Of a stretch of 64,000 bases of DNA, positions 51,934 to 63,900 are shown piece after piece. Numbering within the stretch: the stretch's first letter is position 1; each line of letters starts with the position of its first letter. The stretch lies in the NCBI GenBank assembly GCA_963514005.1, contig OY740788.1:16864001-16928000 (forward strand). Direction: 5' to 3'. The notes beneath the pieces were generated by a model. That model did no database searches. It was not told the DNA's origin and saw only the letters and a program-made list of their open reading frames with translations. This DNA is from Raja brachyura. Taxonomy: Eukaryota. The position numbers and the translations under genes were made by a program.

Positions 51934-52818
51934 TATGTCATTGGCCTGAGATGTTCACTTCATTTCTCTCTCCAGTGATGCTGCAAGGCCTGTTGTGTAT
52001 TTCCAGCATTTTTGCATATGAACTTTGATGCAATTGGGCATAGATTGAAATGGCCACTGTGCCACTACATTTACACAGCTCTAATACATCTTTCGGGTTC
52101 ACTAGAAATGATAGATCCTTGCAGTATGACAAGATTCAACTGCAACTATTATCCTCACTAAAACTCCTGTTCTCTATTCAACCAATATTAATTAAACATA
52201 GTATTTATCCCCTTTGAAAATACTGAAATTTCACTTTCCTGATGAACCTTCGTATACAATTTTGTTTTAAAGCCATGCCAAGTTTGAAGTGGAGCGTTTC
52301 AAATATGTCAATGACCCTCTTCATTACTGACATGACCTTAGCAAATTCAGCTGGACTGTTTTTGATTAATCCATGTTTCTCTAAATGCAGATTGCTGCTA
52401 TTAAATTTTTTTTCAGTAATTTGCCCAATACTAACTTTAGATGTTCAGTATATCCCTTTCATCTTTTTCCACAACAGTACCTCATTAGTTATTTTTCAGA
52501 CATTCACAGAACATAGAGCAGCACTGCACAGGAATCGGCAATTCGGCCCACAATGTCTGTACTTGTATGGAGCCGTTAAATTAATCTACTCTTCCTGTAT
52601 CAAATCCCTGCAAATTTCATTTCGGAGTCACGTGAGTGACTTCGTGAAGAACCCGCCAGCACGCATGCGCGACATATCATCGCTACGCATTGCAGTCGAC
52701 GGCTGGAGGTGGAGCGCGGCTCACCACCAGCCCTTCATAAGGGCCACTCGGGTAAGTACAGGCAACCTTGAGTTGGTTGTTCCTGCTGTTTTGAGTATTT
52801 TTTCTCTCCAACAGGAAC

Positions 52819-54543
52819 ATGGATAAGAGGAGTACGGGCCGCAGGATGTCCGAAAGGAGTCGCCGGCCACCTATCCTGGAGCCCTCTTCAACGGCAGCAC
52901 CCGCTAGACGGGCCGGGAAAAAGGCGCGTAAGTCGGGGAGCCCTGTATTCACAGGACCCGACCCACCGACACAGCTGAGCACTAGCGGGGATCCCGCAGA
53001 GCAGGAAGTCGGTACGGCGCCGGAGCAGGTAGACCCTGACTCCATTTCGTTCACGTGCTGCTGCACGGTCCTTCTCCCTGAGCCCTCGTGGCAGAGCCAG
53101 GGATAGAGCTCATCAACCTGGCCCTTTACGGGCAGAGGTTTCACCAGAGGCCGCTAGATTGCGGACTGGTGGATCATCGAGACCCGAGTCCACTGGCAGA
53201 CCAGGGAGGGCCAGTGTAGACTCACCACCCAGTAGGACCAGGAAGAGTCGCACAGGTGGAGTCTCGCCACGGTCACCGCGTCCCCCGTTGGCGGCAGGAC
53301 GGGACCGTACGCCATCTGGGTCCAGAATAAGGACAGTCGGCAAGCCCGCGCGGATGTCGGGTCACCACGCTGCGGCGTTGGGTGCCGACCTCTCACCGCA
53401 TTTGCCCTTAGAGGCAGCCGGGCCTAGCTCAGCCAAAAGGAGGCGTATGAGCAGATCCACGTGGGAGTCGTTCAGTTTCGCTGAGGCGGCTGGAAGCGAC
53501 ATTTCATCTCGGCACCGAAATTACCTCGATGAGGTACGGGCCGATGATAGGAGCCTCAGAAGTTCCTTCGGGCATGAGGACTCTGACCGCCCGTTCTCGC
53601 ATGACGAAGGGCGCATTGACAGGATGGAGAGGATGATGGAACAAATCCTGCAGCAAAATCAAAGGCGGGAAACATTCAGTTCCAGGGACTCATGGATATA
53701 TCCCCATCATCAATGGATAGCATGAGGCAGCCAGAAGAAGAGGAGATCTTGGTCCACGCACCAGTAGCACCTGAGGTCCCTCAGGAGGAACTCCTGGACG
53801 TAGCAGCCAAGTTTGCGTTACCCGAATCATCGGGACAACCCCTAAATACCAAACTGGCTGCTACCATTGATTTCCTCACAAACCATCAGCTACAGGAGCA
53901 GGTCCTTGCGGAGGCCATGAACAGACACAAGGCACCGGGTAATTGCAACTCCCTTAATGTGCCTATTGTGAACATGCCTATTTGGGGCAATATTAGCCCG
54001 GGCATTAGAGCACAGGAAGTGAAGTTACAAAGGATCCTGAAACTGCTCACTTCTGGGATTACCGCTTTTGCGAGGTCGATGGACAGTGTGGATTTGAACA
54101 CCGAGCAAGAGGATGCTCTGGCACTGCTATGCAACACGCATGAGATAAATGCGTTCAGGAAAAGCATTATCAAGCGTACATTAAACCCCAAATTTGCGGG
54201 GCTACGCAGAGCACCCCCAACACCACCCAGACAGCTATTCGGAGAAGACCTCCCAAAGCAGGTCAAGGTTTTGCATGACCATGCTAAGACAGTGGGTCTT
54301 ATGAGGTCACACACCTTGACCAGACAAACAGCCAGGAAAACACCATTCTTCAGGCCACGAGGTCAAACCGAAAGGCCAGCAAGGACCTACGTTCCAGCGC
54401 CTCCGCAATATCAGCAGCCTCAACAGCCCAGGCCTTTTTTAGGGCAAGGCCCGCAGCGGCCAGCATGGAAAATGTGGACTCCGCATTACCAGCACAACCC
54501 AGCACCTCCACGTCCCACCAAACATGTCAGGGACCACCGATAA
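52819..54543 (+). pseudogene. DIRS gag-like ORF1 (frameshifted pieces 52819-53106, 53159-53725, 53692-54543)
   Basis: Position in the element; low-complexity N-terminus, coiled coil (RIDRMERMMEQIL), P.NC..L.VP.VN..IW and LFGEDL motifs recalled from DIRS gag. Confidence 0.75.
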
Positions 54544-54545
54544 CC

Positions 54546-56399
54546 ATGAAGGTAAGGCGGTCTGGATTTCATGCACTTGCATGTCTAACCTCACATGTTG
54601 GGGGTAGACTACGGTTCTTTAAGGAGGCATGGGAAACCATCACTTCAGATGAGTTTATCTTACAAAGTATTCAAGGCCATGAGATTGAGTTCATAAATGG
54701 TCAAATTCCTCCACCTCAGCATATGCCGAATCGCAAATTTGCACTTTTCAGCAAGGAAACAGCAGTAGGCTATGCTGAAATCTTGAGACTACAAGGAAAA
54801 GGCGTGATAGAAAGAACTATACATGAACCAATTGAATTTGTATCTAACATATTCACAAAAACCAAGAAAGATGGAGGATGTCGGGTTATTATTAATCTGA
54901 CCCATTTGAATACTTTTGTAAAATATACCCATTTCAAAATGGACACATTCGAAACAGCCAAATCTTTGATTTCTGAGGGCTGCTTTATGGCATGCATTGA
55001 TTTAAAAGATGCATACTATTCAGTATCCATTCAGAAACATCACAGGAAGTTCTTGAAGTTTACCTGGATGGATCAGCTTTGGCATACAAAGCTTTGCCTA
55101 ATGGGCTTACCACAGCCCCCAGATTGTTTACTAAATTACTCAAGCCAGTGCTGGCAACACTGAGGAGGCAAAATCACATGGTTATGGCTTATCTGGATGA
55201 TATCCTAATCATTGGAAATACTCTGGAATCAGCAAAATTGGCAGTCTCAGCCACTGTGGAAATATTTCAAAAAATGGGATTCATTATCCATCCAGATAAA
55301 TCGAAGTTCTGTCCTTCACAGATCATGGATTATCTGGGATTCACGGTGGATTCCAATCGCATGATGGCCACCATACCAGCTAACAAAATTGGGGATGTCA
55401 TTCAAGCATGTAAGAATCTGGTCTGCGCCAGTATACCATCAATTAGACAAACTGCTAAGGTGATTGGGAAAATCGTAGCAGTTTTTCCAGCTGCTCAATT
55501 CGGACCTTTGCATTATCAAAATTTGCAAAGATCCAAGATTTCAGCGTTAAAATTGAACGCTGGACATTTCAATAGACCTATGCAGCTGCCTCTTAAGGCA
55601 AAAATTGAGTTACAATGGTGGATTGATAATATCCAAAACTCATTTAAACCCATCATTGTGCCTCGTCCGGTGGTATACTTACAAACAGACGCAAGCTCCC
55701 ATGGCTCCCATAAATTATTTGGAGATGCTAGGAGCATTTCACGGACTTAGAGCTTATTGATCAAACTTTACTGACACTCATGTCCGTCTCCAAATAGATA
55801 ATACCACTGTGGTGGCATATCTAAATCATATGGGCGGTACCAAGTCAATTTCATGTGATGAATTGGCAAATACAATTTGGCTCTGGTGCATACAACCGAA
55901 TATTTGGATTTCAGCTACCTATTTACCAGGTAAGCTCAATACAGTGCCGGACACCAGGTCACGGAAATTTAATGACAACATCGAGTGGATGTTAAATCCT
56001 CAAATATTCGCAAAAATTACAGCCAAATTTGGTAAACCGGATATTGACCTTTTTGCGTCACGGTTGAACCATCAGGTACCAACATACGTATCATGGGAGC
56101 CAGATCCTGGGGCAATGGCGATGGACGCTTTCTCGCTAGACTGGGGGAAATGGTTTTTCTATGCATTTCCTCCATTTTGCCTCATCAGTCGGGTATTGCG
56201 GAAAATCCAGTTAGATGCTGCTAAAGGCATTCTTATCATACCCGACTGGCCTACGCAGCCATGGTATCCGGTGGTCCTTGATATGATCAGTCAACCATGG
56301 GTCCTCTTAGAGGGTTGTCCACAACTGGTGACGAACCCTGTTTCAGGGGAACTACATCCCTGCCATAGTCACTTAAAATTATTGGCTTGCAGGTTCTGA
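54546..56399 (+). pseudogene. DIRS pol: reverse transcriptase, RNase H and Dam-like N6-adenine methyltransferase domain (frameshifted, short RNase H deletion)
   Basis: IDLKDAYY, LPNGL..APRLFTK, AYLDDILI, LQTDAS, IDNTTVVAYLN..GG, DIDLFASRLN, YAFPPF. Confidence 0.92.
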
Positions 56400-57376
56400 A
56401 CAGACCACTACTGCAGTATGGTCTATCATCAAGGACAATGGATACAATTGGAGCATCATGCAGGGAGTCCACAAGACGGTAATATCTAACGCATATCAGG
56501 AAATGGGAAACCTACTGCGGCCGCTCCAACATTGCATATGACTCCGTTACTATCACAGATGTGCTGGAATTCCTTGCGGGGTTGCATCATGACGAACACC
56601 TCAGCTACAGTGCCATCAACAGCGCCAGGAGTGCGCTATCATTCTACCTCAATATTGAGGTAGGATCCAATAAGCTGGTGTCCAAACTTATGCGGGGAAT
56701 ATTTAATTCCAATCCGCCAAGACCTCGTTACAACGTCACCTGGGATATTGGGATAGTACTAACCCTGCTCAGGACGTGGTCGCCCATGGAAAGGCTTGAA
56801 TTGGACAAACTCACCCTGAAGCTGGTGATGTTATTGGCACTTACTTCAGTGCAAAGGGTACAGACACTTCACAAGGTCAAGATTGACAGAATGATCTCTA
56901 CCCCAGAAAAAGTAATCTTCTTTGTTGATGAATTACTTAAGCAGCATAGACCTGGATACACAGGGCTGCAGCTGGTGTTTCCAGCATACCCCGCTGATGC
57001 TAGGCTATGTTTAGCCACCCATATCCGCCACTATATAAGAGTGACGCGGAAATTAAGGGGAATGGAAAAATATCTGCTAATCAGCCACAAAAAACCTCAC
57101 CATAGAGTGACAGCACAGATGATCTCCAGATGGCTCAGGATCGTCTTGAACGAAGCAGGTATTGACACTAATGTCTTTAAATCCCATTCCACCAGGGCTG
57201 CATCGACGTCCGCGGCAAAGGTCATGGAGGTGCCCATGGACCATATTCTTGCCACAGCGGGATGGGCCAGAGAAGCCACCTTTCAACGGTTTTATAATAA
57301 ACCTGTTACCGCTCCTGTATTGTTCGCAGAGGCCGTGCTGAATGCGGGTCAAGAGCATACAGATTCTCCCCAGTGA
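56393..57376 (+). pseudogene. DIRS tyrosine recombinase (one in-frame stop at 56480-56482)
   Basis: Catalytic residues: QRVQTL (R), HSTRAAS (HxxR), AGW, FQRFYNK (Y); N-terminal YGLSSRTMDTIGASCRESTRR*YLTHIRKW is in the same frame. Confidence 0.93.
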
Positions 57377-58674
57377 GGGGTTTTTTCTTTGTTGTTATTA
57401 ATAAATATTATTATTTTTCAGTACAAGCAGTCCGAAAATGTGATTACTCCTATCCATCCTTTCAGTGGCGTTTGTGACAGCATGGACGTTGTCCAGGGCA
57501 TGAAATCACAGAGCTTTGAAGTCTTCACGAAGTCACTCACGTGACTCCGAAATGAAATAGTAAGATTAAACGAGAACTTACCAGTTTGAAGTTTGACCTT
57601 TATTTTATGAGGAGTTGCGATGAGGGATTTCGTGCCCTCCGCTCCCAACCCTCGATCATAAAGTCAACTGGTAATTTGGAGTCTCTTCAATCTTACTATA
57701 ACAAGTCATTTCTTTGTTTGTTGGTTCTGTGATTCCACACTGCTGCTTTGAAGAATGTCGCGCATGCGTGCTGGCGGGTTCTTCACGAAATCCCTCATCG
57801 CAACTCCTCATAAAATAAAGATCAAACTTCAAACTGGTAAGTTCTCATTTAATCTTACTATCAATGTGTCTTTTTAAGGTCTCTTAAATGCCGCTGTTTC
57901 CACCACCACCATATCTGCTTCCACACCCCTGGTAGCCTTCTCCAGGTACCAATCACTCTGTATAAAAAAAGACTTGCCTCACACATTATTTTGAAACTTT
58001 TCCCCTCTTACCTTAAAGCTGTCCCCTCTAGTGTTTGATATTTCTACCCTGGGGGGAAAAAGGTTCTGACTGTCCATTATATCTATTTCAATTTTATATT
58101 AAACTTTCGGTTCTCCCATCACCTTCGATGCTCTGGAGAAAACTCCAGGTTTGTCCAACCTCTCCTTTTAGCTAATTCTGTATCTTCTAATCCAGGAAGA
58201 ATTCTGGCAAACCTCTTCTGTGCTGCACACAATATTGCAAATGTGGGCTGACTAAAGTTTTTGTAAAGCTGCAACATGACTCTTATACTCAGTATGCCGA
58301 CTGATGAAGGCAAGCATGCCATACGCCTTCTTTACCACTCTATTGACTTGTGTTGCCACTTTCAGGGAGCTATGGACTTGACCCCCAAGATCCCTCTGTA
58401 CATCAATGGTCTTAAGAGGCATGCTATTAACTCTATTCTTTCCCTGACCTTCAACCTCCCAACCTGCAATATCTCACACTTACTCAAACTCCATCTGCTA
58501 TTTCTCCACTCATATCTGCAACCGATCTATATTTTTCTATATACTTTGACGGCTTTTCTCACTGGCCAAAGAACTGAGGTTCCATGGAATAGTAATTAGA
58601 GCTAAACCAGATCTTCTGGAAGTTTATTTGAACCTTAATGTGTTTTGTGGACAATACATAGTAGCTGGAGACAT

Positions 58675-58875
58675 TAGAAATTGCAGCTGCTGGAAGTTTG
58701 AGCAAAAAACAAACTGCTAGAAGAACTCGGTTAAGAATTTTGGGCTGGATCCTTTTTCAGATGTGGACTCCTCCATCAGTCTGAAGAAGGATCCTAACGC
58801 AAAATGTCATCCTTCCATCTTACTCCACTGATGCTGCTTCACCAGCTGAGTTCCCCTTGCATTTTGTTTTTTAGA
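58675..58875. mobile_element. Decayed inverted Penelope-type repeat pair
   Basis: GAAATTGCAGCTGCTGG...TTTTTCAGA then CAGTCTGAAGAAGG...AAATGTCATCC...GCTGAGTTCC; another remnant lies at about 61420-61540. Confidence 0.55.
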
Positions 58876-60619
58876 CAGCAACTGGATCCTTGTTATTATT
58901 TTTTTTCCTCAAGCCAAGCAATGTTGATACTGTTCCAAGGAAAAGTGTGTCAAACCAACTGCAACCAAGATTAAGTTGCAAAGTAAAATATTTGGAATTG
59001 AATTTGGAACTTTAAGGAACATTAGGAAATACGGTATATCTGCTGATGAATATTTATAGTGAAGCTGACAGTACATTCATCTTGTATGCGAATGATGAAT
59101 GGCTTCCCCATTCTAAGTTTGAAATTTCCCTTATCATGAACATAGTGCAAAAAAGTGTTTTAACAATCTAAAAATATTTCTGATATTAAGCATGCAGCCT
59201 TTGGGAATCGCTTAGAACAGTGATTTCACCTGAAATGTGTTGTTCGCTCTTCCACATGCCATTAAGGAAGTGTATTATTTGCAGAACATAATCTAGGAAA
59301 TTCAGAATGAATCCTTATTAAAATATAACAAAACTCCAATTTATCTTTTCACCAGTTCCTTGTCAGATTTTCCCAACAAAGATGTAGACTTTTTAACTGG
59401 CCTATGTTTACATTTTGGGGAAATATATGACACTGAAGTTAGATTTTTTTTTAAACTTTCTTAGAAATAACAAAACAATTTATCAAAATAATATATCCCG
59501 ATGAAAATAATGAGGGATGGATTTATAGAAAAAAAACTTAATATTTATCAGGGTGAAATTAGTACACTTACTAAGTTGAGTAACCAAAGCCTTTGTTCTT
59601 GATGCTCGACATAAACATAGAAGACAATATCTAACATTTGATGCACATAACCATCAGACATTGTATATGCCATGCAACAGATTCTTGCAGGTTTTGTGTT
59701 GGATTTGGATGTACTTGAAAAAATTGTACAAAAAACACCCATTCCAAAAAGAGGAGGGAAAGGTAGATAACAAATAAACACCAGTCGAAACAGAATGAAT
59801 TGTGTTAAATTGTACACTGCTGGAGGCTGCCACATAGATTCTCATATTTGTCCCAGTAGTTTGAAAGGCCCCCCAATAAGTTATGTTCCCCTGCTCCTCT
59901 CCTAAACCCACAATTCTTTCTTATGAGGATCAGCCTTGAATCTTTGGGTTGAATTGCTAGAATTTGTTTTGTTATTCTTTATTCCATCCTAAGATGTGTA
60001 CATTGCTGCCAAGGTGAATATTTATTGTCCATTCTTAATTGCCTGAGAAGATAGCATCAAGCCACTATTTTAAACTTCACAGTCCACATGGCAAAGGTAA
60101 CGATAATACTGCTAAGCAAATTGTACGTTTTTGACTGGATGAAGGAATAGTGACATAGCTTGTAATTTGTTTAGAGGAATACGGTATGGAAACAACCCAT
60201 CCTGATTTATTACTAAGATGCATTGTTCAGATGGTTGATAAAACACAAGATGGTGGCATTTGTTAGAGCTTTTCAGGAAATCCATTGTATTCCAGATTGT
60301 ATAAAAGCCAACCAATTACTTTTCTTTTGTAACCTTGCAATAGAAAAGAGGCAGTAGAAGAGAATTATGTGGTCGATCACAGTCATTAAAATAGAACAAT
60401 AAACCATGCAGATATTGTAGGCTGTGTCCTATGTAATCATGTTTAGGGTTATTTCCATTATCACTTATCTCCTAGTTCTCAAGCACTTAATACTTGTTCT
60501 GCAGAAATTCATAGATGGAGTTCCAGGAAAGCAGCTCCAATTTGCTCTTTGATAATATCAGTTTTTGAGAAATCTGGAGCACTGATTTAATTTTTTTTAA
60601 TTAAAAAAAAAAAAATCAT

Positions 60620-61380
60620 TTTGGGGATCTGAGCAGTTATTTTCCATCATTCATTGCGCATGAGAAGGTTGGTGTGAAAGGTCACGTTGAACTGCTGCAA
60701 TCCATTTGGTTAAGGTATTCCTAGAGTGTTATTGAAGAGAAACTTCCAAGAATTAGATCCAGTGATGATGAAGAATTGCTAGTCAGCATGATGTGCTTGG
60801 CAAGGAACTTGAAAGTGGTGGTATTTCCTTCCACATCCTGCCCTTGCCCCCATTGGTGATTGTGGTAGTTGGTTTGGAACATGTTGGCAATGTAGTCTGG
60901 GTGAAGAATTGCAGTGGTGTGCACTGCATTCACTGTATAATGGTGATGAAGGATTTAAGGTAGTTGATGGGTGCCAGTGAAAGAGGTTGTTTTGTTGTGG
61001 GTCTGTGTCGAGCAACAATTGTTGGTGTTGCATTCATCAAGATAATTGAGGCTTCTGCTTGTAGATGGTGGAAAGAACTGAGGTATTTACTTGGGATACT
61101 CGGTATCTGACCTGATCCTATAGCTACAGTATTTGTGGTTAATCCAGTTGAGTTTCTTATCATTGGTGACCTCAGGATTTTGATAGTGGGGTTGTCTAAT
61201 GGTACAGTCAAAGATCTGTGGTTAAACTTTTTTGCTCAAAATAGTTATTTTCATGGTGCAAATGTTGCTTGTCATTTATCTCACTGTGTCTGAATATTAT
61301 CTAGGACTTTCTGTATTCAGGCATGAATAGCTTCATTTGCTTAGGAGTTACAAGTAGAATTGAATATTGTGCTCATCAAT
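60620..61380 (-). mobile_element. Ancient LINE 3' remnant (clade uncertain); related pieces at 48740-49330 and 59990-60090
   Basis: Shared motif CATTGCTG..AAGG..AGCA.TTATTG..C.T..CTAA.T.CC.TGAGA; the minus strand resembles a decayed RT C-terminus. Confidence 0.45.
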
Positions 61381-61874
61381 GTATATCCCCACTTTGTTTC
61401 AGGTTGGATCAATTTTTCAGACTTGAATTCGTCAGACTCTTCAGGTTTTGAACGTGTCCTAATCTGAAATGTTGTCTGTCCATTTCTTCCAGAGATGTGC
61501 CTGAACCTCTGAGATCCTCCGGCACATTGTGCTTTGCTCAAGGGGGGGGGCATTGGGCAGGAAGCTTGATTGCTGGGTTCACTTTGAGGTCAGGTCAAGG
61601 GATTCTGTTTAAAAATGAAAAGAACATCACAATCTAAGGATGTGCAATATCTTACTGAGAATGACTGGTTCAGGACGGTTGGATGGAGGAGAGGGTGCTG
61701 ATTTCTATAGCAATGGTATAGGCTGATTTCATGGAATGTAGGGATATACTTGCATGCCTCCCAGTCTTACAACATTAAAGTACCGTCCTGTGGCCTTCCT
61801 TCAGCTGGACTGTCAGCTAATTTGAGAAGGATGAGCACTACACTTACCTTACCACTCACTTGTGAAGTAGTGAA

Positions 61875-62310
61875 GTAGGCCCCTCTCAGTCATGGCTGAC
61901 CATAGGTGATGCATCCTGGTCAGATGCAAGCCTGGGCGATGTCATATGGAGGACAGGCTGTTGCCCATGCAGCATGTCTCCCCCTCCCATCTCCACGTCG
62001 CTGATCGATCCAAAGGAACAGCAGGGCCATTACAGTTTGGCACCAGCGCCGTCACAGGAGCTGAAAGAGCGAGGTTGTAGACAACAACGAACTACCTTAG
62101 GGGCTCCGACTCCTGGTTTTCTTGAGGTTTACTCCTGGAGCCTTTTCCATGACGGGGTATGGCCACAAGGCAGTGGAGGTTTTAAATCAGAGTTTTCTCT
62201 CTCCTAGATGGACTACCTTCCTAGGCTGACGAGCCCCATCTGTCCGAGACTCGTGGGGGCGGGAGCGTCTACCTTCCCGTGCAGGTCTATAGCACCTGCC
62301 CACTGCCCAT
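61875..62310 (-). mobile_element. RTE-derived bipartite non-autonomous element
   Basis: TTCTCTCTCCTAGATGGACTACCTTCCTAGGCTGACGAGCCC resembles an RTE 5' UTR, and CTCAGTCATGGCTGACCAT an RTE 3' end; recognised from recall only. Confidence 0.5.
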
Positions 62311-62481
62311 CCAGGCACTTGACACTGTGATCATTCTGTAGGATTCCATGTGACGTCCAGTTCCTGCTCTAATTCCTGTTACTTCCAATATAATTTAATG
62401 GAAATTCAGGTGAGAGAGACATTTAACCACTACTGGAGGTTTAAAATATCCTTGGCTTATGTGCCATGGGTTCAATTGACA

Positions 62482-63900
62482 TTTCATTTCGGAGTAACGC
62501 GAGTGATTCCGTGAAGAAGCCGCCAGCCCGCATGCGCGACAATATGCCGACGCATGGCGCAATGCTGACTGGCAGGCGCGCTGCTCCTGCCAGCGGTAAG
62601 TTTAAACCTGAAGGTAAGTTTTTAGACTTTTCAGGTCAGGCTTCCATTGCAGGAATCTCTCTTACAGAGTTTCCTGCTGGATTTCGGGGCGAAGTCGGGA
62701 CCGCGGGGAAACCTTGATGGACCGCGGGGAATCCCAGTCATGGACTGGTGTGAATCCTGGTCATGACCTCGGGTAATCCCGGCCTTGGACCGCAGGGAAC
62801 CCGCTACGACGACCGCGGGAAACCCGCTACGGAGACCATGGGGAACCCGCTACGGGGACCACGGAAGTGCGGGTAGCGGCGGCGGTCAAATTCGCCTTCA
62901 CAGTCACTGCCGGTGGAGTCAGCGGCTTCAGACTCACGCCGGCAGCACCTTGGCAAAACCCACTCGGAGGGCAGCCACGGAGAAAGTATGTGCGGCCCGT
63001 TGACTCAAACGAGTCGGGCCAGGAGGATTCCTATGGAGAGGATCCCCTCCTTTAATGGGTAACGTTCTTTGGACGTCAAACCCACATGGAGCACCTGATG
63101 GAGAGGTGAGGCTCCAGGGAGGGAGTTATATCACCACGGGTCTCTGCGGGGCCCGCGGCAACAGCATCTGTGTACAGGGCTGCACACTGTCTCCCTCTCT
63201 GAAGAGGGGAGCAGTCGGGGTCAGTTCTGTCTGACTCGGAGTTTGGAGGTATTGCCAGGAGCATACCACGAGGCACGAAGGATATGGTCCGTGGAGGATC
63301 AGCACAGGTCTCCTTAGGGCCTGCGGCAACAGCAGCTGTGGACAGTGCTGCACACTGACACCCTCTCTGAGCAGGGGAGCAATCGGGGTCAGTGTGTAAC
63401 TGACTCCAAACACGGAAGTATGTCCGTGGCACATACTGGAGTTCCTGAAAGTACCGGCAGTGAACAGTGCTATCAGGGGTGACGTTGGAGGGGCATGGTA
63501 CCCCAGGAAACCAGCCGCCGTATCTGCTATTCAGGTAAAACCTATTCAACAGGTGAGACCTGCATGAGGGAGCTAAAACTATTGAACTACAAGTACAGCC
63601 TCATCATTTCGGCGACAATACACCCCACACCTCCATCGACAGCAAGCGGTTCACTGAAGCTGGTGGCAGCCAGCAAGCTGGGCACAGGGCTTTAGGTCAA
63701 GGCCCAAGCCGATCTCAGGTAAAATATGGGATCCACGTACCGTACCAGTCCTCTCCAACCAAGGATGGAAATAGAACTCCATGAGGAGCCTTTGGGCTTA
63801 CCATACGACCACCGGTAGCCATGAAGGTAGGTGGGTCTGGTTCTTTCCGAAACATGGGGTATGTGGACCATTTACAAGTTGGAAACACTTGTAAAAACCT
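62482..63900 (+). mobile_element. Third, divergent DIRS1-type element: left end, deleted gag, pol start (copy 3)
   Basis: TTTCATTTCGGAGTAACGCGAGTGATTCCGTGAAGAAGCCGCCAGCCCGCATGCGCGACA matches the other left ends; TAGCCATGAAGGTAGGTGGGTCTGG at 63816 matches the gag/pol junction. Right boundary uncertain. Confidence 0.85.

Larger units (their letters stand above)
52615..57860 (+). mobile_element. Structurally complete DIRS1-type retrotransposon (copy 2)
   Basis: Left end TTTCATTTCGGAGTCACGTG; ITR 52641-52675 / 57755-57789; ICR 57522-57634 complementary to the left end plus right extension 57790-57860; gag, RT/RH, MT and YR ORFs in order. Confidence 0.97.
52505..58560 (-). mobile_element. Old CR1 3' fragment split in two by the DIRS insertion (52505-52614 and 57861-58560)
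   Basis: Joining the flanks gives ...ATCCCTGCAAA-T-CAATGTGTC...CTCTTAAATGCC, continuous reverse-strand CR1 3' sequence. Confidence 0.75.

Noticed and set aside
55809-57376. Methylase plus integrase as a prophage or bacterial contamination
   Set aside because: They sit with gag and RT between DIRS termini in vertebrate intronic DNA and are normal DIRS components.
62230-62310. HDV-like ribozyme at the 5' end of the RTE-derived element
   Set aside because: A hairpin (GCAGGT/ACCTGC) is present, but no consistent P1/P2/P3 pseudoknot could be built.
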